A stretch of DNA of 64,000 nucleotides from an uncultured Actinomycetes bacterium (GTDB lineage Bacteria; Actinomycetota; UBA4738; HRBIN12), in assembly GCA_963716935.1 (NCBI GenBank), contig CAVQUN010000006.1, forward strand, positions 163,241 through 227,240, written 5' to 3'. Positions 11,413 to 22,175 of this stretch are shown here, in pieces. The position numbers and the translations under genes are program-made. Numbering within the stretch: the stretch's first letter is position 1; every line of letters begins with the position of its first letter. The notes under the pieces are model-generated. The model saw only the letters and a list, made by a program, of their open reading frames with translations, was not told the DNA's origin and did not search any database.

Positions 11413-13287
11413 ATGGCCGAGGACACGCGGGTTGGAACCGAGGTCGCGGGCTACCGGATCGAGGCGGCCATCGGACGAGGGGGGATGGGCGCCGTGTACC
11501 TGGCTGAGCACCTGCGGCTGGCCCGCAAGGTGGCGCTCAAGCTCCTCGCGCCCGAGTTGGCCGGCAACGAGAAGTTCCGGGAGCGGTTCCTGCGCGAGTC
11601 TCGGATCGCCGCCTCGATCGACCATCCCAACATCGTGCCGATCTACGACGCGGACGAGGCGGACGGCGTGTTGTTCATCGCGATGCGCTACGTGGAGGGC
11701 ACCGATCTCCGCGGCCTGATCGCCGAGGAGGGGCGGCTCGACCCTGCACGGACCGCGTCGATCACCGAGCAGGTCGCCGACGCGCTCGACGTGGCGCACG
11801 CCCGCGGCCTGGTGCACCGGGACGTCAAGCCGGCCAACGTCCTGCTCGTTCCGCGACGGGATGCGGGCGGCAGGGACCACGCTTACCTGAGCGACTTCGG
11901 GCTCACCAAACGCGCGCTCTCGGTGAGCGGCCTGACTCAGACCGGGCAGATCGTCGGCACGATCGACTACGTGGCTCCCGAGCAGGTGAAGGGCGATCCG
12001 GTGGACGGGCGAGTCGACCAGTACTCGCTCGGCTGCGTGATCTACCAGTGCCTGACCGGCGAGGTCCCGTTCCCGAGGGACCTCGAGGTGGCCTCGCTCT
12101 GGGCGCACGTGCAGGAGCCGCCGCCGTCGCTCGTCGAGGCAGGATTCGACGAGGAGGTCGACGCGGTCATCGGCAAGGCGCTCGCGAAGGAGCCGGCCGA
12201 TCGTTTCGACAGCTGCGGCGAGCTCGCGTCCTCGCTCTCGGCCGCGGTGGGCGTCGAGCCTCGCCCCGGACGCGCTCGCCCCGTCCGCCGTCCGCCCCGC
12301 CGGCGCCGGGCTCGCATCCTCGCCGTCGGGATCGCGGCCGGGCTCGTCCTCGCGGCCGTCGGCGGCGTCTTCTTGCTTGGCGGCGACCCGACCTACGTCC
12401 CCGGTCTGAACACCGTGACGCGGATCGACGCCGATTCGGACGAATTCGATCAGCCGGTGCATGTGGGGGAGAACCCGAACGGAATCGCTCCCGCGGGCGG
12501 GACTCTGTGGGTCACCAACCTTAGTGACAAGACGGTGCAGGGGATCGACCCGACAACCGGCGACACGATCCAGACGCCAGAGTCGACCCAGGGATCACCG
12601 ACCGGGATCGCCGGAGGATCGGCCGGCGTGTTCATCACGACGGGCTTCGACCGGCCTTCCCAGGTCCTGCGCATCAACCCCAATACGTTGCAGGTCGAAT
12701 CCTTGTGCGAAGTCCCCTCGAGCACCTATGGGATCGCAGAGGGGTCCGGGTCCTTGTGGCTGGCCGTCGCGAACCAGGGGGAGGTGTGGCGCGTAGATCC
12801 GGCGCAGTGCGGGGTCGGAATCGACAAGATCTCCCTCGGCCAGGGCGCCGACCCCGAGGTGATTGCCACCGGCGGCGATCCCTTGCAGGTGTGGGTGGGC
12901 GACGCGGTGGCGGCCACCGTCTACAAGATCGACCCGGCTTCGCTCGACCCCTCGCCGTTCAGCGTGAGCGGGCCGCCGACCGGCATCGCGATCAGTGGCG
13001 CGTCCGTGTGGATCTCGATCGGGCAGAACGACGAGGTCGCGCTCCTCGACACGACGAGCGGTCAGACGCGCGACACGATCAACGTGGGGGAGTCGGGCTG
13101 CGACGGCCCCAAGGGTATTGCCATCGGCGGCGATGGGGTGTGGGTGGGCTGCGCCGGGAGCAGCACGCTCGTGCTCATCGACCCCGACACGCACGAGGTC
13201 GTCGACACGCTGCGAGTCGACGGGAGTTCCGACGCGGTCGTGGCCGACGAGAACGGCGATGTCTGGGTCTCGGTGCATGAGCAATAG
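11413..13287 (+). CDS. Ser/Thr protein kinase with TM helix and extracellular beta-propeller repeat domain (PknD-like)
   Basis: Hanks kinase motifs GRGGMGAVY, VALK, HRDVKPANVLL, DFG, APE. Single TM (ILAVGIAAGLVLAAVGGVFLL). C-terminal repeats of G.xPxGIA..G..VWV type (YVTN/NHL-like). Confidence 0.9.
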   Translation: MAEDTRVGTEVAGYRIEAAIGRGGMGAVYLAEHLRLARKVALKLLAPELAGNEKFRERFLRESRIAASIDHPNIVPIYDADEADGVLFIAMRYVEGTDLRGLIAEEGRLDPARTASITEQVADALDVAHARGLVHRDVKPANVLLVPRRDAGGRDHAYLSDFGLTKRALSVSGLTQTGQIVGTIDYVAPEQVKGDPVDGRVDQYSLGCVIYQCLTGEVPFPRDLEVASLWAHVQEPPPSLVEAGFDEEVDAVIGKALAKEPADRFDSCGELASSLSAAVGVEPRPGRARPVRRPPRRRRARILAVGIAAGLVLAAVGGVFLLGGDPTYVPGLNTVTRIDADSDEFDQPVHVGENPNGIAPAGGTLWVTNLSDKTVQGIDPTTGDTIQTPESTQGSPTGIAGGSAGVFITTGFDRPSQVLRINPNTLQVESLCEVPSSTYGIAEGSGSLWLAVANQGEVWRVDPAQCGVGIDKISLGQGADPEVIATGGDPLQVWVGDAVAATVYKIDPASLDPSPFSVSGPPTGIAISGASVWISIGQNDEVALLDTTSGQTRDTINVGESGCDGPKGIAIGGDGVWVGCAGSSTLVLIDPDTHEVVDTLRVDGSSDAVVADENGDVWVSVHEQ

Positions 13288-13376
13288 GACGCCCGTCTGT
13301 CAGCCGACGTCGTGTCGTTCGCGTTCGACGAGTCGACCAGCGTGCCGGCTCACGACGAGGTCAGTCTCACGTCGGG

Positions 13377-14246
13377 CTAGCCAGTGGAAGGGCCCCGCCC
13401 GGATGCCAGCATGTTCGCGAGGGCCGTCCCGGTCGGAGGCCTGTTCTCGGGCTCCTTCGAAAGCGCGTGCAGGATCGCCCACGAGACGCCCGGCGGCAGA
13501 TCGTCACGGCCCTGGCCGGGATCTCGCGGCTCCTCGGTGAGATGAGCGTTTGCCAGCTCGATCAGGGACCTGTGTCCGAACGGTGGGCCGCCCGCGACGC
13601 ACTCGTAGGCGAGGCAGCCGAGGGCGTAGATATCGCTTGCCGGTGATGCTTCGTCACCTCGCAGGAGCTCGGGGGCGAGGTACTCGAGCGTTCCCACGAC
13701 CGTCCCGGTCCGCGTGAGCGCGGTGTAGGCCAACCCCTTTACCGCGCCGAAGTCGGTGAGCAACGCCGACCCCGCCTCGTCGATCAGGACGTTCGAGGGC
13801 TTCACGTCTCGGTGCACGATTCCCGCGGCGTGGAGCGCGTCGAGCCCGGAGCCTACGTGTGCTACGACGCGGACCAGCTCCTCGAACGGCAACGGCCCAT
13901 CGGCCAGTCGCTCCTCGAGGGTTCGGCCGCGGACGTAGAGGGTGGCCAGGTAGGGACGGCCGTCGATGACACCGGAGTCGACGATCGGTACGAGGTGACG
14001 GTGGTGCACCTCACGCGCGGCCCGCGCCTCGTGCTCGAACCGCCGCCGGGACGTCTCGTCGTCCGCGAGCTCGATACGGATGAGCTTGAGGGCGACGATC
14101 TCTCCGTTTGGCTCACGCACGGCGCGGAAGACGACGCCCATCCCGCCCTCGCCGAGCAACTCCTCCAGCCGGTAGGGACCGATTCGGTCCCCCGGCGCCG
14201 GCGCGCGTGCTCCGGCCTCCGCCACCGGCGCAGCATAGCTAGGCAC
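13377..14246 (-). CDS. Ser/Thr protein kinase, catalytic domain only (289 aa)
   Basis: GEGGMGVVF, ALK, HRDVKPSNVLI, DFG, APE motifs. No TM or sensor domain. GTG start at 14246. Confidence 0.85.
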   Translation of the reverse strand: MPSYAAPVAEAGARAPAPGDRIGPYRLEELLGEGGMGVVFRAVREPNGEIVALKLIRIELADDETSRRRFEHEARAAREVHHRHLVPIVDSGVIDGRPYLATLYVRGRTLEERLADGPLPFEELVRVVAHVGSGLDALHAAGIVHRDVKPSNVLIDEAGSALLTDFGAVKGLAYTALTRTGTVVGTLEYLAPELLRGDEASPASDIYALGCLAYECVAGGPPFGHRSLIELANAHLTEEPRDPGQGRDDLPPGVSWAILHALSKEPENRPPTGTALANMLASGRGPSTG

Positions 14247-14392
14247 GTGGCAAATCGATGCGTGGTTCTACGTGTTCCGCGAGCAGATCTGCGCGCGACC
14301 TTGGCGGCTGATGGACGGATTGCCGTCGCCGACCTGGCGGACTGGCGATCCCGGATGCGCGATGCTACAACCCGGTCCCGAAGGGAGCCGCC

Positions 14393-16333
14393 GTGTCTGA
14401 GGACACAGGGATTGGCACCGAGATCGCCGGCTATCGCATCGAGTCCCGGATCGGCCGCGGCGGCATGAGCACGGTCTACCTGGCCGAGCAGGTCCGCCTG
14501 CACCGGAAGGTGGCCCTGAAGATCCTGGATCCGGAGCTCGCGGCCGATCCCGAGTTCCGGGACCGGTTCGAGCGCGAGTCCGAGCTCGCCGCCTCCCTCG
14601 AGCACCCCTCGATCGTGCCCGTCTACGACGCCGGGCAGTCCGGTGGGGTGGCCTGGATCGCGATGCGCTACGTGGAGGGACAGGACCTCGGCACCCTGCT
14701 TGAGACCGAGGGAGCCCTTGACCCCGAGCGGGTGGTCCGGGTGATGGCCCAGGTCGCCGAGGCGCTGGACGCGGCGCACGCCTCCAGGCTCATCCACCGA
14801 GACGTCAAGCCGGCCAATGTGCTCCTGCAGGGCGATCGGGCCTATCTCAGCGACTTCGGGCTGACCAAGCGCCTCGACGCCGCCACCGTGAACACCGACA
14901 CCGGCCGGTTCCTGGGCACGATCGCCTACGCTGCCCCCGAGCAGTTCGAGGGCAGACCGCTCGAGGCCCGGACCGACCAGTACTCGCTTGCGTGCGTGGC
15001 CTTCCACTGCCTGACCGGCCGCCGGCCCTATCCCCGAGACCAGGAGGCGGCGGTGATGTTCGCGCACTTGCGCGAGCCGCCGCCCAAGGCCCACGACCTG
15101 GTCCCCGAGCTTCCGGCTGCCGTGGACGACGTCCTCGCGAAGGGCATGGCCAAGGCCAAGGAGGACCGATTCCCCAGCTGCGGGGCCTTCGCCGAGGCCC
15201 TCGGCCACGCACTCTCGGACGCGCCGCCTCGGAGGGGGCCCCGCGTGGGAAAGCGCGCGGTCCTCGCCATCGCAGGAGTCCTCGTCGCCGCGCTCGCGCT
15301 GATCGTCGGTCTCGCGATGGGCGATTCCGGAACATCATCTCCCTCCTCGACACACTCGGCGAGCGCATCCGGGTCGCCGTCCGAGGCCGTCCCTACGTCG
15401 CTGGTCGGTGTGCGGAGCATCGACGCGGAGACGAATGAGCTTGGAGAGGTGGTCGTGACTCGCCGCTACGCGAGCAGCCTTGCCGTGGGTGGGGAGTTCG
15501 TGTGGGTGCGCACCCTGACCAGCGACCAAGGATCGAGGGAGCTCCGGAAGCTTCGCACGAGTACGAACGGGCTCGTGGGAGGGCCGATCGAAGACGTCGG
15601 AAATTGCCTCGTCAACCCCGGACTCAACACCGACTGCGTCGCGGCCGGCGACGGATACGCCTGGAGCCCCGGTTGGTCCTGCCTGGTTGTCGGCTGCCCG
15701 ACGGCGCTCTACAGGATCGACCCGTCGACGAACCGAGTCGACTTCCATCGGAACCTCGCAGTGGACGCCGACGTGCGCGATGTCGAGTTCGCCGCCGGCT
15801 CCGTATGGGTAGCGGCGGACAACGGGCCGGGCGGTCCGGCCGTCTACCGCTATGTCCCGAAGAGCGACAAGCTCATCAAGATCCCGATGCCGCCGGCTGG
15901 GGTCGGCCCGATCGCCTACGGCGAGGGCTTCCTCTGGGTGATCGACACGCTCCATGGTGGCCTCCGCCGGATCGACCCGTCCACCAACGAGGTCGTCGGG
16001 GAGCTGACGCTGCTCGACGGCAATCCCTATGACATCGCGGTGGGCAACGGGTTCGTGTGGGTGACGGATTCGCAAGGTGATCGCGTCCTCAAGCTCGACC
16101 CGTCGTTGACGCAGAATCCAACGTCGATTGTCGTCGGCGACGAGCCTCGCGCGATTGCGTTCGGTGAGGGAGCCGTCTGGGTGGCGAACCACGCCGCCGG
16201 CTCGGTGACTCGCATCGACATGCTCACCGGCACGCCGACCGAGATCCCGGTGGGCGGGACCCCCGGTGACATCGCGGTGGGCGACGGCCAGGTCTGGCTC
16301 ACTCTCGGCGGAGAGCAGGGCGTGCGGGGCTAG
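14393..16333 (+). CDS. Ser/Thr protein kinase with TM helix and extracellular beta-propeller repeat domain (paralog of 11413..13287)
   Basis: N-terminus nearly identical in pattern to the first kinase (GYRIE.RIGRGGM..VYLAE..RL.RKVALK.L.PELA). TM (AIAGVLVAALALIVGLAM). C-terminal repeats (GFVWVTD, GAVWVAN, GQVWLT). Confidence 0.9.
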   Translation: MSEDTGIGTEIAGYRIESRIGRGGMSTVYLAEQVRLHRKVALKILDPELAADPEFRDRFERESELAASLEHPSIVPVYDAGQSGGVAWIAMRYVEGQDLGTLLETEGALDPERVVRVMAQVAEALDAAHASRLIHRDVKPANVLLQGDRAYLSDFGLTKRLDAATVNTDTGRFLGTIAYAAPEQFEGRPLEARTDQYSLACVAFHCLTGRRPYPRDQEAAVMFAHLREPPPKAHDLVPELPAAVDDVLAKGMAKAKEDRFPSCGAFAEALGHALSDAPPRRGPRVGKRAVLAIAGVLVAALALIVGLAMGDSGTSSPSSTHSASASGSPSEAVPTSLVGVRSIDAETNELGEVVVTRRYASSLAVGGEFVWVRTLTSDQGSRELRKLRTSTNGLVGGPIEDVGNCLVNPGLNTDCVAAGDGYAWSPGWSCLVVGCPTALYRIDPSTNRVDFHRNLAVDADVRDVEFAAGSVWVAADNGPGGPAVYRYVPKSDKLIKIPMPPAGVGPIAYGEGFLWVIDTLHGGLRRIDPSTNEVVGELTLLDGNPYDIAVGNGFVWVTDSQGDRVLKLDPSLTQNPTSIVVGDEPRAIAFGEGAVWVANHAAGSVTRIDMLTGTPTEIPVGGTPGDIAVGDGQVWLTLGGEQGVRG

Positions 16334-16491
16334 CCGGCGGGCTGGCCTCCCCGCCCGGCAGCCTCGTTTGGTGGGGCCGGCGCCTCGAAGGGCTGGGGGG
16401 AGCGTTCGTTCGGGACAGTCTCACAGGCATGTGAGGTCGAGGGACGAGATCCGGCTCCGCCGTTGACGCGGGCGGCTACCATGGCGAATTC

Positions 16492-17899
16492 ATGAGCGAG
16501 CACACGGAGCGACTCGAGGACCTCGCCGAGCGCATCGCCGCCGCGAAGGAGTTCCTTTGACGTCGACGGCAAGCGCGCGCAGGTGGCCGAGCTCGAGCAG
16601 CAGGCCGCGGACCCCTCGCTCTGGGACGACCCGGACCACGCCCGGCAGCTGACGACGCGCCTCGCCCGCCTGCAGGCGGAGCTCGAGCGTTACGACTCCT
16701 TCGTCCGCCGGATCGACGACGCGCGCGCGATGGACGAGCTCCTTGGGCAGGAGGCCGACCGCGAGATGGCGTCCGAGCTCGCGAAGGCGGTCGTCGACCT
16801 CGCCCGCGACCTCGAGAAGCTGGAGCTCGCGACGCTCCTGGGCGGCGAGTACGACCACAACGACGCGATCGCCACGCTCCACGCCGGCGCCGGCGGCACC
16901 GAGTCGCAGGACTGGGCCGAGATGCTGCTTCGCATGTACCTGCGGTGGGCCGAGCGCGAGGACCTCGACGTCGAGGTCGACGAGGCGCTCTACGGCGACG
17001 AGGCCGGGATCAAGAGCGCCACGTTCATCATGCACGGCACGAACGCGTACGGCCTGCTCTCGACCGAGCGCGGTGTTCATCGCCTCGTCCGGATCAGCCC
17101 GTTCGACGCGCAGAAACGCCGGCACACCTCGTTCGCCAACCTCGACGTGATCCCGCTCCTCGAGGAGACGGAAGAGGAGGATCTCGAGATCGACCCGAAG
17201 GACCTGCGGATCGACGTGTTCCGCTCGACCGGGCCCGGCGGGCAGTCGGTGAACACGACCGACTCGGCCGTGCGGATCACCCACCTGCCGACCGGCATCG
17301 TCGCGGTCTGTCAGAACGAACGGTCGCAGCTCCAGAACCGCGCCGTCGCGATGCGCATCTTGAAGGCGCGCCTGTTCGAGAAGATGCGCGAGCAGCAGCA
17401 GGAGCGCCTGGAGAACCTTCGCGGCGAGCGCAAGGGGATCGACTTCGGCTCCCAGATCCGTTCCTACGTGCTCGCGCCGTACCGGATGGTGAAGGACCAC
17501 CGGACCGGCGTCGAGATCGGCGACGTCGACCGCGTGCTCGACGGCGACCTCGAGGAGCTGATCGAGGCCGAGCTCAGACGGCGGGCGGGGGACAGGCGCG
17601 ACCTAGCCCGACGCTCGCGCCGCGCCACCCAGACCCAGACGCCCACGAACCCGAGCCACGCGACCGCGGACGCGAGCAGGCCGATCCCGATCGACGGCTC
17701 CCGGTACACGAGCCGGACCTCGTGCTGCCCGGACGGCACGGGGACGCCCTGGAGGAAGAAGTCGGCGCGCAGGACCGGAGCCGGGTTCCCGTCCACGGTC
17801 GCCTCCCACCCCGGGGCCCACGCGTTGCGCACGACCACGAGCGAGGGGCCGTTCGCGAAGGCGTCGATCCGCACGTCCTCGGGGCTCGCCTCCGCGTAG
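16492..17899 (+). CDS. prfB: peptide chain release factor 2, with programmed +1 frameshift at 16555-16561
   Basis: The short frame-0 ORF from ATG 16492 ends ...AAKEFL followed by TGA, giving CTT TGA C, which is the canonical RF2 shift site. AAGGAG sits 3 nt upstream. The +1 frame continues with RF2 motifs SPF (ISPFDAQ) and GGQ ([12 protein letters not shown]). The conserved RF2 C-terminus ends near 17590. The ORF stays open to 17899, an extension likely due to an indel in a G5 run (see findings). Confidence 0.9.
16549..16561 (+). promoter_or_regulatory. prfB: prfB programmed +1 ribosomal frameshift site (SD-like AAGGAG, then CTT TGA C)
   Basis: aaggagttcctttgac read directly from the sequence. 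The in-frame TGA is immediately followed by C, and an internal SD-like element lies upstream. Confidence 0.85.
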
Positions 17900-20016
17900 G
17901 TGGCGGCGCCCGGCGCCGTGTCGATCAGCGGCGCGATCCCCGGGTCGCCCTCGACGACGGCCGTCGCCGCCGGGTCGAACCCGCGCGCGAGCACCGCCCG
18001 CAGCGCGAACGCGCCGTCGCCCGCGACGGTCCACGCGGGGACCACGGACACGCGCGGCTCGGCCGCGTCCAGCTCGAGCAGCCGGTAGCCGTCCTCCGAG
18101 GCGACGACCGTGCCGGTGAGGTCGTCGGGCAGCGTCTGCCCCTCGTGCACGATCAGGTACCGGACGCCGAGCAGTCGCACGTCCTCGAGCGATGGGACCT
18201 GGATCACCGCCGCGTTGTAGAAGACCGGCAGGCGGTTGGTCGCGCGGATGTACGTCCAGTAGCGGGGCAGCTGGATCGGCGAGTAGCCGAGCGAGTCGTG
18301 CAGGCCGAACAGGACCGCCCGGCCGAGCAGGAGCGCCGGCCAGTCGGACTCCTTCTGCGAGAAGAGGTAGCCCTTGTTGAAGTAGGCGGCCGGCGGGATC
18401 CACGCGAGGTACCGGGGATCGTCGTCCGCCGACGCGATCGAGCGCGCGATCGGTCCGGGCGTCAGGTACGTGTCGAGGTCGACCTCGGGCCAGCGGAGCG
18501 GGCCGTGCAGGAGCGCGGGGTGGTCGTGGCCCTCCAGGCCGAGGTACACGGTCCCGCCCTGGTACGCCGACGACCACAGGGCGCCGGCCAGCAGCTCGAC
18601 CGCGAGCAGGCCGACGAGCGCGAGCGCCGCCCATCGCCACCCGCGCGCGAGCCGCCACGTCACCAGCAGCACCGCGGCCGTGCCCGCGGAGAAGATCACG
18701 AGCCGGCCCGCGTTCGCGCCGGCGAGCAGCGGGAACAGGAGGAAGACGCCCACGCCGATCGCGAGCCATCGCGCCGCCTCGGCGAAGGCCGGCCGCCGGT
18801 CGAGCAGGGACTGGATGCCGATGGCGCCGAGGACCGGCACGAGGAGGAACGCGAGATATCGCAATCGCCCCGGGTTGTGGAGGTAGACGTCGCCGAACGG
18901 GAAGGCGAGCACGATCGTGCGGAACCAGCCGGCGGCGACGAACGCCGTCAGGGTCAGCAGGTACCCGACGACCCCGACCGCCGCGAGCGCGAGGACGAGG
19001 AAGCGCCGGGCGCGGTCGCGAAACGCGAACGGGATCGCGAGCAGGATCGCGGCGCCGGCGTACGCGCCAGGCGTCGAGGCGAGCGCGAGGGGCCACGCGC
19101 TCCACACGCCGTGATCGGGGATCGGGCGATCCTCGCCGAGCGGCGGCGGGATCGTGCCCTCGAACCCGCCGTAGCCGACGCGCAGGCTGGAGCGCTCGAG
19201 CAGGACGAACCGGGGGATCAGGATCGCGAGGTTCGCGAGCGGCAGGAACAGCAGGAACGCGATCCCGAGCAGCACGGCCGTCCGCGGCCGCAGCGATCCG
19301 GAGCGCGACTCCCGGATCGATCGCGCGATCACGTACGCGAACGTCACCCCCGTGCAGATCATGAGTCCGTGGGACAGGTGCGCCGTCGCCACCTGTCCCC
19401 AGGCGATCGCGGCGAGTCCGAGCCACGGGAAGCGGCGCCATCCGCTCGCGGAGAAGTAGCCCGAGGCCCCGACGAGGACGAGCGGCGTCCACGCGAGCGT
19501 GCCGGCGAACGGCATCGAGATCGCGACGACGGAGGCCGCCATCGTCATGGCGAGCGAGAGCCCGCCGGCCGTCGACGCGACGCGGCCGAGTCCCTCCTTG
19601 CGAAGGAACCACCAGACGCCGAGGCCGGCCAGGATCGGATACAGGACGATCAGGGCTCGAAGGCCGTCGCCGCAGCCGAAGAGCCACGAGAACGCCATCG
19701 TCGGCAGCGAGAGCCATCCCGACTGGGCGTCGGCCGCGAAGGGCGTGCCGGCCATCTCGAACGGGTTCCACAGCGGCACGTGGTGCGCCGAGAGCGCGTC
19801 GCCGAGCAGACACGACCGCGGGAGCCAGAACGTGAGGATGTCCGGGTGCTGGCTCGTCAGGCGCGGCAGGAAGGCGAAGCCGCGGAGCGCGACCAGCACC
19901 GAGACGACGATCAGCGCCGGGCCCGCGACCGCCACGGCGAGCTGTCGCCCGCGCGACAGCGGCTCCGGTCGCGGGGTCGCCTCGGGTGTCGGAACCGCCC
20001 TGGTCACGGTCGCCAT
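17464..20016 (-). CDS. YfhO-like polytopic membrane protein (about 850 aa)
   Basis: ATG at 20016. At least 12 predicted TM helices, a large periplasmic loop and a final TM near 17640-17700. The low-complexity C-terminal tail overlaps the prfB 3' extension, so the 3' end is uncertain. Located between prfB and ftsE like mycobacterial Rv3104c. Confidence 0.65.
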   Translation of the reverse strand: MATVTRAVPTPEATPRPEPLSRGRQLAVAVAGPALIVVSVLVALRGFAFLPRLTSQHPDILTFWLPRSCLLGDALSAHHVPLWNPFEMAGTPFAADAQSGWLSLPTMAFSWLFGCGDGLRALIVLYPILAGLGVWWFLRKEGLGRVASTAGGLSLAMTMAASVVAISMPFAGTLAWTPLVLVGASGYFSASGWRRFPWLGLAAIAWGQVATAHLSHGLMICTGVTFAYVIARSIRESRSGSLRPRTAVLLGIAFLLFLPLANLAILIPRFVLLERSSLRVGYGGFEGTIPPPLGEDRPIPDHGVWSAWPLALASTPGAYAGAAILLAIPFAFRDRARRFLVLALAAVGVVGYLLTLTAFVAAGWFRTIVLAFPFGDVYLHNPGRLRYLAFLLVPVLGAIGIQSLLDRRPAFAEAARWLAIGVGVFLLFPLLAGANAGRLVIFSAGTAAVLLVTWRLARGWRWAALALVGLLAVELLAGALWSSAYQGGTVYLGLEGHDHPALLHGPLRWPEVDLDTYLTPGPIARSIASADDDPRYLAWIPPAAYFNKGYLFSQKESDWPALLLGRAVLFGLHDSLGYSPIQLPRYWTYIRATNRLPVFYNAAVIQVPSLEDVRLLGVRYLIVHEGQTLPDDLTGTVVASEDGYRLLELDAAEPRVSVVPAWTVAGDGAFALRAVLARGFDPAATAVVEGDPGIAPLIDTAPGAATYAEASPEDVRIDAFANGPSLVVVRNAWAPGWEATVDGNPAPVLRADFFLQGVPVPSGQHEVRLVYREPSIGIGLLASAVAWLGFVGVWVWVARRERRARSRLSPARRLSSASISSSRSPSSTRSTSPISTPVRWSFTIRYGAST

Positions 20017-20114
20017 GGCGAGCCAGGCTATCCGCTCGTGCTTCGTTCCGAGAACGAAGGTCGTCTGTTAGACTCCGCCGCGGTCATCCCCCCAAGCTTC
20101 CCCGAAACCAAACC

Positions 20115-20792
20115 ATGATCAGTCTTCAGCACGTCACGAAGGTCTATCGCAACGGCACGACCGCGCTCGAGGACGTCTCCGTCGAGGTCGAAAAGGGCGA
20201 GTTCGTCTTCATCGTCGGTGCGTCCGGCTCGGGCAAGTCGACCTTCATCCGGCTGCTCCTGAAGGAGGAGGCCGCGACGAAGGGCGACATCTACGTGGCG
20301 GGGAAGAACCTCGCCAAGCTCACGACCTGGAAGATCCCGCACCTTCGGCGCAACATCGGGACGGTCTTCCAGGACTTCAAGCTCCTGCAGGACAAGACGG
20401 TCTTCGAGAACGTCGGCTTCGCGCTCGAGGTCATCGGAAAGCCGAAGCAGGTGATCGACCAGCGGGTCCCCGAGATCCTCGAGCTGGTCGGGCTCGGCGA
20501 CAAGCTCAACAACTTCCCCGACGAGCTGTCGGGCGGCGAGCAGCAGCGGGTCTCGATCGCCCGGGCGTGCGTGAACCGCCCGCTCGTGCTCCTGGCCGAC
20601 GAGCCGACCGGCAACCTCGACCCGAGCACGTCGGTCGAGATCATGCGGCTGCTCGACAAGGTGAACCGGATCGGAACCACCGTGGTGATGGCCACCCACG
20701 ACCAGGCCATCGTCGACGCGATGCGCCGGCGCGTGATCGAGCTCGACAAGGGCAAGGTCATCCGGGACCAGGCGCGCGGGGTCTACAGCTAG
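20115..20792 (+). CDS. ftsE: cell division ATP-binding protein FtsE
   Basis: Walker [13 protein letters not shown] signature [14 protein letters not shown], Walker [12 protein letters not shown]. FtsE-typical size (225 aa). Confidence 0.9.
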   Translation: MISLQHVTKVYRNGTTALEDVSVEVEKGEFVFIVGASGSGKSTFIRLLLKEEAATKGDIYVAGKNLAKLTTWKIPHLRRNIGTVFQDFKLLQDKTVFENVGFALEVIGKPKQVIDQRVPEILELVGLGDKLNNFPDELSGGEQQRVSIARACVNRPLVLLADEPTGNLDPSTSVEIMRLLDKVNRIGTTVVMATHDQAIVDAMRRRVIELDKGKVIRDQARGVYS

Positions 20793-21668
20793 TGGCGCGG
20801 TTCGAGTACTTCTTCCGCGAGACCACCTCGGGCCTTCGGCGAAACGGGCTCGTCGCGTTCGCCGCGATCAGCACGACGTTCATCGCGCTGCTGCTGTTCG
20901 GGCTCGCGCTGCTCATCAGCCGCCAGGTGAGCCTGATGATCGAGGCCACGACCGGCAACGTCGAGGTCGCCGTCTACCTCACGGATCCCGTCAACCCGGA
21001 CACCGTGCGCTCGCTCACCGACACTCTTGCGGCGCTCCCGGTCGTCGAGAACGTCGACTTCGAGGACAAGGAGGAGGCCTGCGCGCGGTTCGTCGAGCTG
21101 TTCAAGGAGCAGGAAGCGCTCGTGAACAACGTCGACTGCGACGCGCTGCCCGCGTCGCTGCGAGTCAAGCTCTCGGACCCGGAGCAGTACGAGCAGGTGG
21201 CGGCCGTGTTGCAGGGGCAGCCGGGGATCGACCGCATCGTCGACCAGAGCGCGTTCCTGGACCGCCTGTTCTCGATCACGCGCGTGTTCCGCGTCGGGCG
21301 TCCTGCTGATCTCGTTCGTGATGCTGGTCTCGGCCGCGATCCTGATCGCCAACACCGTGCGGATGGGCCTGTTCGCCCGCCGCAAGGAGATCGGCATCAT
21401 GAAGCTCGTCGGCGCGACGAACTGGCGCATCCGGATCCCGTTCCTCATCGAGGGCGTGTTCGAGAGCCTCATCGGGGCCGGCGCCGCGATCCTGTTCCTG
21501 TTCGGTCTCAAGGTCGCGTTCATCAACCCGCTCTACGGCACGGTGCAGTTCGTGCCCTGGGTGACGAACAGCGACGTGATCGCCGTGATCCCGTGGCTCC
21601 TGATCGCCGGGGCGTTCGTCGCGCTGCTCGCCGGGCTGGTCGGGATGCGCCGCTTCCTCGACGTGTAG
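20792..21668 (+). CDS. ftsX: cell division permease FtsX (apparent single-base frame break near 21296)
   Basis: GTG overlaps the ftsE stop (TAGTG). N-terminal part [19 protein letters not shown]...FSITRVFRVG reads in frame 2. The conserved C-terminal part VLLISFVMLVSAAILIANTVRMGLFARRKEIGIMKLVGATNWRIRIPF... reads in frame 0. Removing one G from GGG at 21296-21298 restores a single ORF. Confidence 0.85.
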
Positions 21669-22141
21669 TGAGCCCCAAGGCCGATCCCGAGCAGAAGACC
21701 GTCGTCTCCAACCGCCGGGCGCGCCGCGACTACGAGATCCTCGAGACCTTCGAGGCCGGGATCGCGCTCACGGGCGCCGAGGTGAAGTCGCTCCGCGGCG
21801 GCCACGGGTCGCTCGCCGAGGCGTTCGGCCGGGTCCAGGGCGGCGAGATCTGGCTCGAGGGGATGCACATCCCGCCCTACGAGCAGGCCGCCGACAAGCG
21901 GACGCACGACCCGATCCGGACTCGCAAGCTGCTGCTGCATCGCAAGGAGATCGAGCGCCTGATCGGCAAGACGGCCGAGCGAGGCCTCGCGCTCGTGCCG
22001 CTGCGCGTCTACTTCACGCACGGGATCGCGAAGGTCGAGCTCGGGCTCGGGCGGGGCAAGCGCCAGTACGAGAAGCGCCAGGCGATCGCCGAGCGCGAGC
22101 ACGAGCGCGAGATGCAGCGGGCGGTCGGCCGGCGGCGCTAG
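21668..22141 (+). CDS. smpB: SsrA-binding protein SmpB
   Basis: GTG overlaps the ftsX stop (TAGTG). Sequence RRARRDYEILETFEAGIALTGAEVKSLR...LLLHRKEI is canonical SmpB. Confidence 0.9.
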   Translation: MSPKADPEQKTVVSNRRARRDYEILETFEAGIALTGAEVKSLRGGHGSLAEAFGRVQGGEIWLEGMHIPPYEQAADKRTHDPIRTRKLLLHRKEIERLIGKTAERGLALVPLRVYFTHGIAKVELGLGRGKRQYEKRQAIAEREHEREMQRAVGRRR

Positions 22142-22175
22142 ACGTCACCCCTATACTGGTTGGACAACCGCATAT

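Noticed and set aside
16945-20118. 1057-aa plus-strand ORF
   Set aside because: Antisense to the YfhO-like membrane protein. Arg/Gly/Asp/Pro-rich nonsense composition.
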